Of a DNA stretch of 64,000 bases, positions 13,858 to 27,122 are shown in pieces. The notes under the pieces were generated by a model that was not told the origin of the DNA, made no database searches, and saw nothing but the letters and a program-made list of their open reading frames with translations. The position numbers and the translations under genes are program-made. Positions within the stretch are counted from its first letter, which is position 1. Every line of letters starts with the position of its first letter. The stretch is taken from the NCBI RefSeq assembly GCF_018977255.1, contig NW_024704756.1, positions 11,780,001 through 11,844,000 of the forward strand, in the 5' to 3' direction. The stretch comes from Callorhinchus milii (taxonomy: Eukaryota).

Positions 13858-14278
13858 GAGTTAGGTTGGCTCAGTTGGAAGCACTCTTGCCTCAGAGACT
13901 TGCCTCGGATGTTTGTAGGTTCAAGCCCTACATCAATACTTTGAGTTGATAAGCTAAGCAATCCAATCCAATGCTGAGAAAGAGAAGCATTGTCTGAGGT
14001 GATGTCCTTGTTAAACCTATCTACCTGTTCAGGAGGACTTCAAAATCTTATAGCACTATTTGAAAAGAAAACAGAGTGTTTTTTCGCCTAAAACTCACCT
14101 CCTTCCCTCTAATAAAATTGGTCATTCACTTCCTGGATATTTGGGGACATGTGTATGCACAAATTAGCTGCCTAGTTTGCCTACAAATAAGCAGTCACTA
14201 CATTATACACGTAGCCCTGTAAAGCAGTTTCGGACATTTCAGCAGGATGATAAGGCACCATATCAAATATAAGGATCA
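13858..14278 (+). mobile_element. Old full-length DeuSINE (SacSINE1/AmnSINE-like)
   Basis: tRNA head (TGGCTCAGTTGG, GGTTCAAGCCC), Deu core (CTGTTCAGGAGGAC..TAGCACTATTTGAAAAGA; GTATGCACAAATTAGCTGCC) and an L2-type tail. Confidence 0.8.
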
Positions 14279-16199
14279 GTACTATTTATTATGAATGACT
14301 CTGAAGATTTTATGAACCAGACTCCAGAATGCTGACATCATGCTGCAGCACTAATGGGAAGCAAAGTAATTGGAACTCGTAGGAACATTGGTTAGTAGGT
14401 AAACTAAGTACATCTTTTAAAACCTCTCTGCTAATTATAGTACTTTTCCCATAGTGCTTTCATGGCACGCAATTTAGTTTTATGGTTACTATAAACAAAT
14501 TACTTTAGATTTCAGACTGCATCAGCATTTCTGTGAAATTCTTTTAGCCGATATTCCTCTCCTCATTCAAAGGAGCCAACAATTTTTCTGGAGTACCATC
14601 TCACTTGAGATCACTGGGTAAGAGTTGCACCAACTTAACCCCTTTCCATACTGACCAGTTCTCAGTCCATTGCTTTTAACAGTATTGTTGTTTTACTGAA
14701 CAGCTCAGGCCAGACACACAAACTGCTCCCACCAATAGCCCAGAGGGCAGTAACATCACCCATTGAGAACTTATATAAAAGCTCATTCATTCTTGTCATG
14801 CGAGCTTAGATTACGAGTGTTGCCAGTTTATCTTCTTGTAGGACGGCATTGCGATCCTATCCTCAATCGTCCATACTCATACATGTTGATCCTATTTTGC
14901 CTCCTCCAACCTCCCTCCAAAACCCAGGATCATAATGCATCAACTGTGTTGGCCCAGCTGAGATGAATGCATTCAACACAGAGCAGAAATAGAGACAGTC
15001 ACTTTCTGGTGCAATGGACTCCCAAGTTGTCACTTTATCCTTTGAACTGTGGGTTTTGTGTGAGTGAGTGAAGGGGGGATCAGTATGTGAATTGTAACCT
15101 ACTCAACAATAGAAATGAACACATAGCTTTGACACAGGGCAGTACTCTGAAAAGGGGTCAGTCTGTAAAAGGTGGGGTGAGTTGGTACATCAGTGATATT
15201 GTGATCTCGATTCTCACTTTTCTGTGGCTAAAATGATGGTGGCAGGCAAAGCAGGAAACCAAGGTCAACACTGCTCTAATATAGAATAATCATTTACAGT
15301 ATTTATTTAGTGCAAAACCTACAAAGAACAATGGATAAAATAAAACCTGAAACAAGTTTCTTGGAGAAAGTTTGAAGCTGTGAAGAATTAAAAAAAACCC
15401 TACTTATCCTTACAATACAAACATGTTGGTGTTTTTAAATGTATTGCAACTTGCATGAAACTGTGATTATCACAAGGGGCTAATAAATTATAGGCTATGA
15501 ATCACACAGACAGCAGTCAGTTTTCACCATCAGCAATAATATAGACCAGGTGCTAATGAGAGTGCATTTACTGTGATGCATCTCGTCAACCTATAGACTT
15601 GGCTCGATTCAACCAGCACGATAGTGAGCTGAGCTTACGGTCTGTCACAGTAGGTCTTTGTCTTTCAGTACAAATACAAATTTAAACTTGACCTGGGGAG
15701 AAATGATAGTCACTGCTTACTGATTGCTGTTAAGGATCACATCATAACGGAATTCTGACAGCATTAGCCATCCCGGGTAAACATGAATTCACAGCACATA
15801 TGTGCCTCTAAAGTCTTTGCTCCCAGGCCCAGAAGAAAGATCGTGCTGAGAATAGAAATGAAACTTGGTGCAGCAGAGGGTGCTCTACTGAGGCAAGTGT
15901 TTCAGCTGCCTTATGTTGACCTACCACATGCCTGCCCTTTGAGTGCTTAGCACTGACAGCAGATGCAGAATAAATAAATGTCCCATTCCCCAGCACTGCT
16001 CTCAATCACTCATCAGGCAAAAAAACCCCAAACATATGAAAAATAATGTACTAAGCCTTACAAAGACAAAGAAGTGACAGCAAATTAATTTTAAAATCAA
16101 TTTATGAAACAGATACCCACATTGACATGTAAAATTTGAAACATTGTAATAAATGATTTAAATGAATCATCGAGAATAGGTTAGGATTTACTTATTTGT

Positions 16200-18440
16200 T
16201 GGGTGAGGCTTCTGAATTCCATATACCCGGTGTGTGTCGGATGAGGTTCCCTGACAGATTCACATCAATCCTTCCCATTTCATCTCAAAGACATAAATTG
16301 ATCAATGCGAACGGTACATTGCATTTTCAACAGCTTTAGACTATTCTCGATTAGAGCTATTCAATTGGATTTCCATTGTAGTGGTTGATATCGCAGAAAA
16401 ATAATTCCCATTCACTACTCAAACTCTATTGATGGTAATGATACACATCATATTAGAATTTGTGACAGATATTGAGCCAGAAGATAAGGTATTAGTTGTG
16501 GAAACGAGAGAATGCTGTGGTGGTGATGTGTTGAAAAATGTGATTGGTGTTGAAATCCTCCTCAAGAATGCCACTTAAGAACATTGGCACAATCCCATCT
16601 CAGCGGCTTGATTGTGTTAGGAGCAAGTGGGGCATGATGAGTGGTCCACTATTCTTAAATTAAAGAATTCCCTGCCCAACTGAGTTCCTGCCACAAGCTA
16701 AGTGCACACAGGGGGCAGAATCATCTCAGAGACCCAAAGAAATCATTCTTACCTCCTATCTCCTTAAATCTGCACCCTTGTTCAGACATTAAGAGGAAGC
16801 ATCATTCATTCCCCTCTGGGTTGGACTTTGTCATCTAGATCCACAATGTCAGCAATGTCACTGTTCACCTGCTCATCAATATCGACTCAATCTCCCAGAT
16901 CACAGGGAGATGGAATCAGCATTCCTATCACTTTTGCTGGAAAGATGCTGAATGTAGAAACGATTTTCTCAAATTATGTCCAACCACCTGTCACTCAGGC
17001 TCATTTGTTCCCCAACGATGTATAAACACTGAACGCTCTGTGTGGAGTAGCAAATAGGGTTGGAAAAAAATGACAATCAGACGCATCCATTCTGGCCACA
17101 ATGTATCTGCACTCAGAATTGTGCAATGTGAAGTTTGAATGTACTATAACATGGTTCCGACGTTCAGAAACACATTAATGGCTGTCTCATTTCTGTTGGT
17201 ATTCAATGTGAATTCTCAACAAAAGTTCAGAAAAGGAAGAATTGCATCTGATAAAAGATGGCCCATCAAGGCTTCATCCTGATAGTTGTGCCCAGATGAA
17301 TAGCATCTTTGTGGACCAGATGATTCAGTGATACAGTACCTCTCAAATGTTACAAACTCATTCACAAACCTTTGATAAAAAGAATCTGAAATTGATGAGC
17401 GATTGTTATTTGCCTTCCAGCCATTTCAAACTTAAACTGAAGTTTCCCTTTATCAACCTCCAATTTCTGTGTACACATTTGTCATAGCATTCTCCGAGTC
17501 TGATATTAACGTGTCAGTCTTTATTCTAATGTAAGAGCACAACTACTTGCAAGCATTAAAGGCAGCTACAACCATCTCTGGTACCATGCCTAAATATTAA
17601 TCCATTTCACTTCAAATACCTGTGTTCATTACTTGCTGATTCCAGCCCAAGTCTACCTGTCTTTTTAAGATGTCTCAGGAACCACTCAAACTTCGCTTTG
17701 TACGTTAACATTGATTCGAAAAAGCGGATGGGGAAACAAAAATCCTTGATATGGTACGATTTAGTTTCTACATGATCTGCAGAGGAAATGGGCTTGAGGT
17801 TTTATGGTTCCATTCCTCCTTATATATTTAACATGTATTTTTCTGGTATTCTTACACAAGTCACACAAGTGACTGAGTAAATAAACAGTAATTTCTGAAA
17901 AGTTAATGCTGAAATGTTTCTTGCAGAGTTTGAGAGTCTTCAAAAATGTCCTTGGAGTGAAAATACAGTAGTCAGATTCTTGTCTTGAATCAGAACACCA
18001 GCAGGTGCAGCTACAGTCTTGATTAGGGATTTTGCCTGTTCCTATATTTTGAGTTCAATGGGCAGCAACGTATTTGATGCCCGACAGGATTGTTCTGTTC
18101 CATGTTGCTTTCAAACAGGAATGTGAAGTGTGAGAGTAAGGGCACAGAGCTGTGGCGTGATCTACACCACCCCAGGATAGCTCAAGATAGACTGCCGTAG
18201 ATAGGAAACTCAGCTCTGATGTTAGTTTCTCAATCCCAAGGCTCTTGTAATCTGCAATACTACACTGTGAATTCCGACCAGCACTATCCACTGCATTACT
18301 GTGACATTCCTTGTTCTTGCTGGATGCGATGATCCGAACAAAGTGATCTGTTCATCTGGCCTGTACATAAGGCATCTGCCTGTACACAAGACAAGACATC
18401 TGTGAGCAGCAGTTATTGAAAAATGATTCCATCATGCATT
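16200..18440 (-). mobile_element. Decayed RTE-clade LINE ORF (RT + C-terminus) with apparent C2H2-finger extension
   Basis: In order: R*TDHFVRII, NAVDSAGR (cf. KAFDSVxR), YKSLGI, GVDHATALCP (cf. GVxQGxxLAP), SDYCIF (cf. ADDC), LCKKHFSINFSEITV, MLTY...W.LRHLKK, YLGMVPEM (cf. WLGHVxRM), WKANNNRS. Finger-like segments continue to ~16200. Confidence 0.55.
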
Positions 18441-18854
18441 GAATATCAATCTCTCACTATTTCTTTGCATTTCTCATGAGTTTTCTAAAGGAGTTTATTA
18501 AAATGTTACCCTTTACATGCTGCAGTAAATCATAATTTTCTGTGGAAGTATCATTTTATAAATGTGCACAGTTTAAATTACACAGTCCAGTGCTTCCAAT
18601 TTAGCTTACTTTGTATATATTTTTCAACCAAGTTCATCATAGCTCTTGTGGCACTACATTGACCTTCAGTTGTATCAACATCAGCGCTCAGTATAGGGTT
18701 GGTTCCCATTCAACTAACGAGCCCTTTGCAACCTAATCTAAACCAATTTGCATATGCATGTAAAAGTTTATTTTAACAGATTTTACTTGCCAGTCACTGG
18801 ATTTCAAGATTGAGCTAATAATCATACCAATATTGCTTTATACATAGAAGTAGA

Positions 18855-19088
18855 TCTCTCTTGCTGTCCACTTTCAAAACCTGCCTTAAGATCCATCTTT
18901 TCGACTGCGCTTGTAGCCATCTTCAACAACAACTTGCCTTATATAGCGCCCTCCATGCAGGGTAGCGTCTCAGAGCACTTTAAAACCTTCCCCTCCATGT
19001 CCCCCTATCCCACCCTCCTAGTCAGCTGTGTGAATCACTTTGAGACAAACTCCCAATGTGAAAAGAACACTACAAATGTAAACTATTG
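18855..19088 (+). mobile_element. L2 3' end with a second L2 tail nested in reverse orientation (~18924-18980)
   Basis: STFKTCLKIHLFDCA-like reading, interrupted by CAACAACAACTTGCCTTATATAGCGCCC..., then a resumed C-rich UTR and tail. Confidence 0.65.
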
Positions 19089-19511
19089 TGCCAGATTACG
19101 GTTCCGATGCTGACAGGACACAACTCTGGATACCGGAAGGATTTGCTATTTATGACCGAGTTTATTAAGGTACCCAGTTATAAACGGCCTCAATTAAGAC
19201 TCTAATGTAGCTCGGCTAATGAAAAGATTTGCAACACACTAAAATGAAGGCCAATTATCAGTTTTCTAGAAATATTTTTTTCACTTCCCCCCCAAAAAAC
19301 ATGCAGAGAATAAAAAGATAGCGATGAACCCAAAAGAACAGCGATTAATGTAGGACACCTGGAAAGTTTCAATTCATAACAACAATTCATTATTTGGAAT
19401 ATTTGTTGCAAATATTCCATGGTGCAACTAATATCATGATTCTCAAAGGATTTTTCATTGGTGAGAACAGAATGCTGGTTGCCATTAGAATTGAACTGTC
19501 TTTGGTTGAGC

Positions 19512-19816
19512 ACATTTACATAGCACCTTTCACGTCAGGCAGTTGTCTGAAAGACATGGCAACTGTAGTCAAAGAGGTGTCTTGAGATAGGCTTTGCAAG
19601 TTGGGGATTGCGGAAGAAGATAGGAGTGGGAAAAACTGTTATGAAGTTCCAGAGAATGGGGCAGAATGGCTGAAAGCTCGCCCACTGACGGTGGGGAGGA
19701 TAGAGTTTGTGATGCAGTCCAGTGTTTGTTGAGTGAAGGGACATAGGAGGTTGCAGAGGTAGGGCAGGGATATGACCGTGGAGGGATATGACCGTGAGGA
19801 AGAGAATCTCAATTTT
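19512..19816 (-). mobile_element. L2 LINE 3' fragment
   Basis: Reverse strand gives LPYLCNLL, PTVSGRAFSHSAP, LWN and HLFDYS-like L2 ORF2 motifs plus the tail hairpin. Confidence 0.8.
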
Positions 19817-20688
19817 GATTCAATGACAGGTGGCAAATCAATTCTCATATACAGAATCTCTTGCCCTCTCTCCTAAAATCACATTGCAAGAAAATCTATA
19901 CATCAATAACTCGGGATATTTATTTGGCGGAATGCAAGGTGTGAAGGGGTTAACTACTCAACTAAAATGCTAATTTCTGGTGTTTGCTGCAAGATGCCAT
20001 ATGGCAGATGTGACAGGTTGTGAACCTTGAATTTGCATCAAATGTGTGCACAGCATTAACTTCCTCAAAGTCACCAAGATGCTAAAGGATATTATACTCA
20101 TGAAAACACAACATTTAAGATAGAAGCTCAAAAAAAACTACAGTGCATGTTTATTTACAAATGCAATCACTGCACATGGCAGCAATTCAGAACCTTTGAA
20201 AAATTGTGAAATTTTGACATTATAGACTCTTTGTGAAATATAAGATTAAAAAAAATTTCAAATCAAACAATCTAGGTATATTCTGTAACTGCAAGTCCCA
20301 CTGCAGCGAAGGTTCTAGGATTTTTTTTGGGGGGGAAAGGCCTTGCCCTGCCCTACCTCTGCAACCTCCTACGCACCTTCACTCAGCAAACACTGGACTG
20401 CATCACAAACTCTATCCTCCCCACCAGACATTTATGCCAGCTCCAACAGTTAGATTGGCAACTAGGGACATGACAAGACGGACAACCTCTTTGGCACCCA
20501 CTGTTCAGCATCTGTCTAAACACAGCATGTGACCCAATACAACTCTCTCTGCTCAGGGTACAAATGAACGAGTAGTTTCTTTACTTAAACTAATGTTTTT
20601 AAAACTAAGCAACTTCACAAGGCATCTGGCAAATTAAACCCATCTTACTGTACTGTCGTACCATCGGCTTCACTTATATAGGTAGATT

Positions 20689-20838
20689 CATAGAATCATA
20701 GGATTATACAGCACAGAAGGAGGCCATTCGGCCCATTGTGACTGTGCCGGCTCTTTGAAAAGAGCTATCCAAATCACTCCCACTCCCCACGCTCTCCCCA
20801 TAGCCCTGCAAACTTGTCCTCCCCAAATAATTATCTAT
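20689..20838 (-). mobile_element. CR1 LINE 3' end (second family)
   Basis: CATAGAATCATAGG..ACAGCACAGAAGGAGGCCATTCGGCCC is the reverse complement of a CR1 terminal hairpin plus TTCTATGA-type repeat. Confidence 0.8.
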
Positions 20839-21122
20839 CATTTCATGGTCGGTTAATTTCAGAACCGACGTACAAGAATTTCATGTACAAATCACCACCA
20901 TTATATTGTCCTCTCAGGTGTAAACTGGTACATTTTGAAGAGTTCTCCTCCCAAAAACAAAAATACTTAATCTATTACTGACGAATAGTATTGTTCCTGG
21001 AATCTTCCCTTCCTCAAAAATTTGCGAAATTATCAGTTTGTCAGCGATTTGCTAAATAAGATTTTTGTTTCACCCCCACGTAGATCAGGTGCAATTCTTT
21101 CCTCTAGTCCCATTAGTTACAT

Positions 21123-21328
21123 CAGAGTGGTCCAACCTTTTGGCTGCTGAAGAACTGGATGCCCGATTTGAGAAATGTCCATGGGCCGAGTAAGCAATAT
21201 TTTTGTGTTTCCCTTCAGGAATATAACATATACGGGTTATGGAGGGAGCGGGTGGGCCAGATGAAATGGTGGGAGGGTGGAGGCGGGGGGGGTGAAATTG
21301 CCCCGTGGGTTGCCAGTTGACCACCCTG
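21123..21328. mobile_element. Non-autonomous hAT (Charlie-like) MITE
   Basis: Terminal inverted repeats CAGAGTGGTCCAAC...GTTGACCACCCTG are flanked by an 8-bp TSD, AGTTACAT (21115-21122) / AGTGACAT (21329-21336). Confidence 0.85.
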
Positions 21329-24300
21329 AGTGACATGATACGTTTTAGGTTTGCAATTTCAATTAACAATTTAAAACTTAGATTTCATGCTATGTGGTGA
21401 AAAACTGAACATTTAACTACTGAAATAAGGAGTAAATTAAATGTGTGTTAAAATCTATTTATGTTTCACTTTTGTGAGAAGTGACAGATTTTCACAGAAG
21501 GTACCTCTCTCTTCCTGTGAGAATGTTGGTATCATAAATAGATAGAAGGTTGCAGCCAACAGTAGAAGATTTTGCATTCCTTCTTTCTAAGCTTCAAAGG
21601 GTGAGTGCAAAAGCACCAAATATGTCAACTAAAATAATGACACAATTGCAAAAAAAAGTGCTAATATAGAAATGCTGAACTTTGCATCTCCTGAAACATT
21701 CCACTAATAATCCTTCAACAAGGTATTTAATGTTCATTTCTATAATAGAACAATACTGTTTAGATATTTTTAGGTGCAATTTGAGCAAATACATCCATAT
21801 TGAATGGCTGTCACTTGCTGATCTTGTGTTATTTAACAATGTTCAACTTAATTTTGGACAAAATACCTGTAGTATCTTGTACTCTACAAGTGCGCTTAAA
21901 ACTGACACAAAGCCCAAACCCTAGAATTCTTGTGCTTTGAAAGAATTAATAAGTATATGTTGTTATCTCTGATCTGGAAGCAAGGGAAGTGGTGAATACT
22001 ACTTGAAAGTCCTTATTTCGTATGTTCAAACATCAAAGTATGATTAATTGAGGACTTTTTTCATCATGCCAGCAAGTTATATTTTAAATAAAGTCTTTAC
22101 TTCTTTAAGAATTTCAATAACAATTCTCTGTTTGGCTCTCTCTCATCACTACTCAATTTGTATCCTTCAGCTAATATTCTCAGCAAAAAAAATGCCATAC
22201 ATGAAACACCTGCTTAAGTTTTGTAGAATACATCAAATATCTGCTAAAAAATTGTTACTGGCTTCACAAACAGGATAAAAAGTGTCCATGAATAACATTT
22301 GCAGATCGTAACACTTGAAGTTGAGGTTACACTACATACGTTGATAAAGAACAGCAAATAACAAGCATATTTTAATTTTATGAATTCTCAAAAGTATTCT
22401 CTTCAAATTCACTAACTTCTGATTGTGATTATGATTCTGGAAAAAAATGAATTCATTCATTCTTTTTCTTACAACAGATAAAAGGAATTGCAAATATTAA
22501 AAGCAGCCCATGATACTCTTTCTTTTAACATACAATAAGAAACAGCCAGCACTGGGACAACAGTCTTGAAGCACAGTAAAGTTTGATTTATGGATTTTAA
22601 CAGATGCAATCCAGAATGCAGCAGTTTCCCAATATGTTACAGTCCAATAAAGCTCAAATGCCTTTGTTGGTTGTCAAATGCTCTTTTTCTCCATTTCATT
22701 TAATTTCAATACTGGACAAAGAAAGCTAGAGTACACAGGCAGATCATTCTTTATATAATTTCTCTGAGGATTATTTTCAAATGTGAAAATTAAGGCTTCC
22801 TATTCCAGGTAGATTTTACAGATGTAAAACCAATAGACCAGTTACAAAGGGAAAATGCTACCTCAGAAATTACTTAAACAAAGTTCTTTTATTTCAGAGC
22901 AGAAAATGTAAATAACCATCCTCAAAAAAATCCTGTCAAAACATTCCTAAAGGAAAACTATTATCTTCTGTTCATATCAGAACATATCATAGATTATCAA
23001 TGCATTACTTCCCACAAACTTCCAGTGATTCATTTGTTCTCATTTGACAAATGGAAACACTTTAAAAGTGTAACAAAAGGAGGAGGTTTCATTTCCTGCG
23101 TCATAAGCACAAAGACCATAAAATAATTCACAAAAGGATTCATTGCAGTTATATTTAATATACATCAGTAATAATACAAATCACCACAGTGCATTTCAAA
23201 TCTTTCAAAGAAACTGGATGTCAAGAATATTACTAACCATCATTCAGCAAATCACTTTCACCAGATCTTTTCTTAGACTGCAGCAGTGGGTGGTGGAGCT
23301 TAATAACCATTAATCAGGCAAAAAGATGGTCAACTAGTCAATGCTACCATCAAATCAGTAATTAGGCAAGTTCCAGTTGAAACTAGTAGTTAAACCAGAA
23401 TGTCACTTGCCAACGAGTCATCTAATGGATATAATTCTGAAGACAATTATCTTTGATTGTGAATACATACAAGTCAGTTCTGTGGCTCCACATTCAGTTA
23501 TTTTGTGATCATGCTTCTGTCTTTCTGCTCAATCTGCCAAACCTTAAAGTCTGTTCTTTGCTCAGCTATTTAATTTGACCAAATACCTTTAATCGATTTA
23601 AATTTCACATATTAGTAGTCATGTGGGCACATGCCAGCGCCAAATTTTGGAATATTAATAAGGCACCATATTATTTTAAGAAATGTGTAAGCAACAGAAG
23701 GCAAGAAATAAAGCAGCTTGTGGGAAACTGGGAATTTATGTATAAAAAAATGAGTCCACTCATGTACAGGCCTGTTTTTTCTCAGCGGAAACTTAAAAAA
23801 AACAGGTTGCTACTTAACCTTCTCCTAAAAGGAGCACGGTGATATTCAAAACTAAAATTATGAGGCAGGTTTGACCCTCTCATTGTCATCAATGATTCTC
23901 TGCCTGTTTAGTGCAATTGAGCAGCTGCAGACACATCCAAAACGTCTGAGAAAAAAAGTTGGGCGGTAAAACACTGGCTGTAAAGTACCCTTTTGCTGTG
24001 TTTGGGACAATGATTTGATAGTGAAGTGAAGCATATCGTGTACATTCTGTCACAATTAGCACACTGACTTACAGTTTACAAGCGGTGCATTTTGGACCCC
24101 ATTATTTCTTGATAAATTTTAATGTCCAAATTTCTCATATGTCTCAAAGGAAAGGATTTTAGCATTCTTAATATTAAAAGGCAGCAGAATCTCCTTCAGC
24201 AGGTCATGCTGGAATGTGGAATAATAATATTCAAATCAGATATTATCTTTGCTTCTGTAATTAATAATTTGACCTTTCCTTAAGCAGCCGGTCTCCTTGC

Positions 24301-24399
24301 TTTCATTGCTCATCTATCAAAATAAACAGATTACCCAGCACACCTGGATAACTTTCTCCATTTTACGAAGTTCAAGATGTTAAAATAAATCCTATTCTA

Positions 24400-25600
24400 A
24401 GGAAACGTGTGCTTGGACTACAAATGAGTCACCTCATTCACTAAGTACCTCTATGCTGCAAGGCCCTTGATTATAACTAACAAGATCTCCTTCTCTGTCA
24501 TTAGCCATAAGAATTAGGACACTGCATTCCTATTCTTATCTTTTGAAGATCATTTTGAGGTAACGTTTAAATATTTTCAATACTGGTGACAACGGTTATA
24601 GTAGAAATAATGTTCCATAGTTTATGGAATCAAAGCAAGATAAATTGATTTAAAATTTTAATTGAAATTGTGTGATATAGATAAATGAGTTAGGAACTGG
24701 GTGATGCACTGCATAAGAACACAATCATTTTAGCTCGCCGGCCTTCCCGGCACCTCCCTCCACAAGCTGCAGGTCATTCAGAACTCTGCAGCTCGTGTAC
24801 TGTCCTGCACCAGGCTTCGCGACCACATCACTCCCACCCTCGCTCGCCTCCACTGGCTCCCCATCCCCCAGAGGATCGAATTCAAGATCCTCATCCTCAT
24901 CTACAAGGCCATTCACGGCCTTGCTCCCTCCTACCTCTCCGACCTACTATCCCCCTAGTTACCTGCCCGTACCCTCCGTTCCTCTGGCTCCGGTCTGCTC
25001 CACATCCCCCGCTCCAACCGCCCTACCATCGGTGGCCGGGCCTTCAGCCTCTCAGCCCCTAGGCTCTGGAACTCCATCCCCCAGTGCCTTCGCCTTTATT
25101 GTTCCAAATGTGAAGGTTCTAATCATGTCCTCCCTATTTCGTTACATTGAATAGGTGAATTAGATGATAAAGAGATGCTTTACTTGGGTAAAGTCTGCCT
25201 CCATGCCCTTTTGGTTTCAAGGATAACTCGTAATACAATGCAAAGGGGTAATTTAACTTGCTGTGTATCTTTGTTCTCGTACAGATGTTTTTCACACTTT
25301 GGACATAATGGAACCAAAAGCTTCTTTAAGCTTGTTTTGTGTGCAGTTGTATGACAAATGGTTTGGTTCCATCAAAATAGATTTTTTTTCCAATATTCTT
25401 GGTGTGAGTCATCATGTGTATTATTAGTCTTTTCAAAGTCAACCAAGAAGCTCTACTGAGCTATGCGGTCTAATATCAATTTCTTTGTTTCCCCAATATG
25501 AACAGCATTGAAAATAAAATGCTTTATGTAGCACTTTGTGCTTGTACTCCTTACTCTCCAGTGATCATGGGAATGTTTTCAAGGGCATCTCATAGTTCAA
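24400..25600 (-). mobile_element. Ancient LINE RT relic interrupted by a young L2 fragment
   Basis: FLVDFEK (~25440), VIQLHTKQA, then EIGEDMIRTFTFG | insertion | NDCVLM (cf. IGGxxIxxLxFADDCVL). Confidence 0.4.
24734..25095 (+). mobile_element. Young L2 LINE ORF2 internal fragment
   Basis: Translates LAGLPGTSLHKLQVIQNSAARVLSCTRLRDHITPTLARLHWLPIPQRIEFKILILIYKAIHGLAPSYLSDLL..RTLRSS..GGRAFSLSAPRLWNSIP with one stop. CpG-rich. Confidence 0.95.
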
Positions 25601-26109
25601 TTGTTTTTCTATTTACCTTCATTATGTTACGCCCACCCGCCCAAAAAAAGTTAACATAAGGAATATAAATACAGAATCATAGCATGGAATGAGAAAAGGC
25701 CATTTTGATCTATCAAGTCCACTTTTGTCACAGAATGTGTATTATCATCGCTCCCATGGATTCCACTTGTAAAATCATCTAAGAGAAATTTCTGTGCCAT
25801 GTCTCCTGGAGCAAAAACCCACAATGTTCACCTATGCTGTCACCCAATTTTTGGAGGCAACATGAAGGGGAATAATAAGGCTGATCCTTAGTGACAGAGA
25901 AGTGATGTGAACTGATTGAATACATTAAAACTCTTCAACCTTGAAACGAGATGTCTCAGAGGGTCCATAAAGAGGCATGTGAAATACTTACTGGGTGAGA
26001 GAAAGTAAACCCAGAACAATATGTTCAGACTTACCACCAAGAAGGACCACAACAAGAACAACAAATGTACATTTATAAAGCACCTTCCACATCAGGAGGT
26101 CATCCTAAA

Positions 26110-26450
26110 CATTGAAATAATTTGGTAGTGTGAGATCACATAATGTTCTGTATGGTGAAGGGCAAGTTTAGAATGTGGTACCAGGAAGAATTTCCCCCTT
26201 AAAACAGCATCCATGAACATGGACTTCACAAATTCAATAACCAAGGTGCCCTTTCCAATTGTGTAGTGTCCATTAAATGCACAAACTGATGGCAATTACT
26301 CAACTCAATGGATATCTTTCAACCCATTGTTTGCATAGAATTGTAATAGAAGCAATTCCTCGTGGTATACCTGCTGAATTCTACCATAAGATAAACATGA
26401 GTACAAAGTGACAAACATGAGAGCAAGGTACTGTATTTGTGATAGAAAAC
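26110..26450 (-). mobile_element. Ancient RTE-like RT relic
   Basis: AGIPRGIASITILCK, then KSMFMDAVLRG (cf. GIPxxxxxLIxxLY ... LFxxFMDxVLR). Confidence 0.4.
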
Positions 26451-27122
26451 AACAATGTGTTTTTCTCTGCAGTAGTTAAAATTATGGGATTGTGTTGAAT
26501 TTAATCTTCCTTTAATGCTGATCAATTTTAAATTAATTTCTCATCTGTATCCTTCCTCGTTATTACAAACATTTGTGAATTATAAATAATTCACTTAATA
26601 ACACAAAACAAGATTAAAGCTCAGAGAGACATGAGCGGTACAAGTCCTCCTTTTGATTAAGTTTTTTGGATGAATATTTAAAAAATATAAAGCTCAAATG
26701 AACACTCAAGGTCCTTCTGGTTGCCAAGGAGTTAGTATCCAGGTATTTCCATTGTAGCTCAGACTTCAAAAACTAGACACTGCTTACAAAATAATAATGA
26801 CTCTCACTCTCTTGGTATTCATGGAACACTCTGGCATCTGTGTGTTTGGTTTAAAATTAAGACTCAAGGTCACAGGTAATTAACTAGAGTGAAGAGCTTT
26901 CAACTGTATTCTAAGATATGCCTTATATAAAAATGAAAGGTCTTCTTTTGTTTATTCCCGAAAACATATTGTTTTTATCAGTCTCCATTTCTCCTTTGTC
27001 TGCTTTCTCTTATTTGCCCATTTCTTTACACTTTTCAGTTCCAGACAGAATAAGCAGCAAATCCCTGTGATTTGTTAACAGTCAGGTAACTTTTATAGAG
27101 CAACATACGACATCCTACCTTT

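Noticed and set aside
16200-18440. Endogenous viral gene or DDE transposase as the source of the protein-like text
   Set aside because: No diagnostic viral or DDE motifs were found; the ordered RT-like motifs fit an RTE LINE better.
24795-25154. 119-aa Ser/Pro-rich ORF
   Set aside because: Alternative frame of the C-rich L2 fragment.
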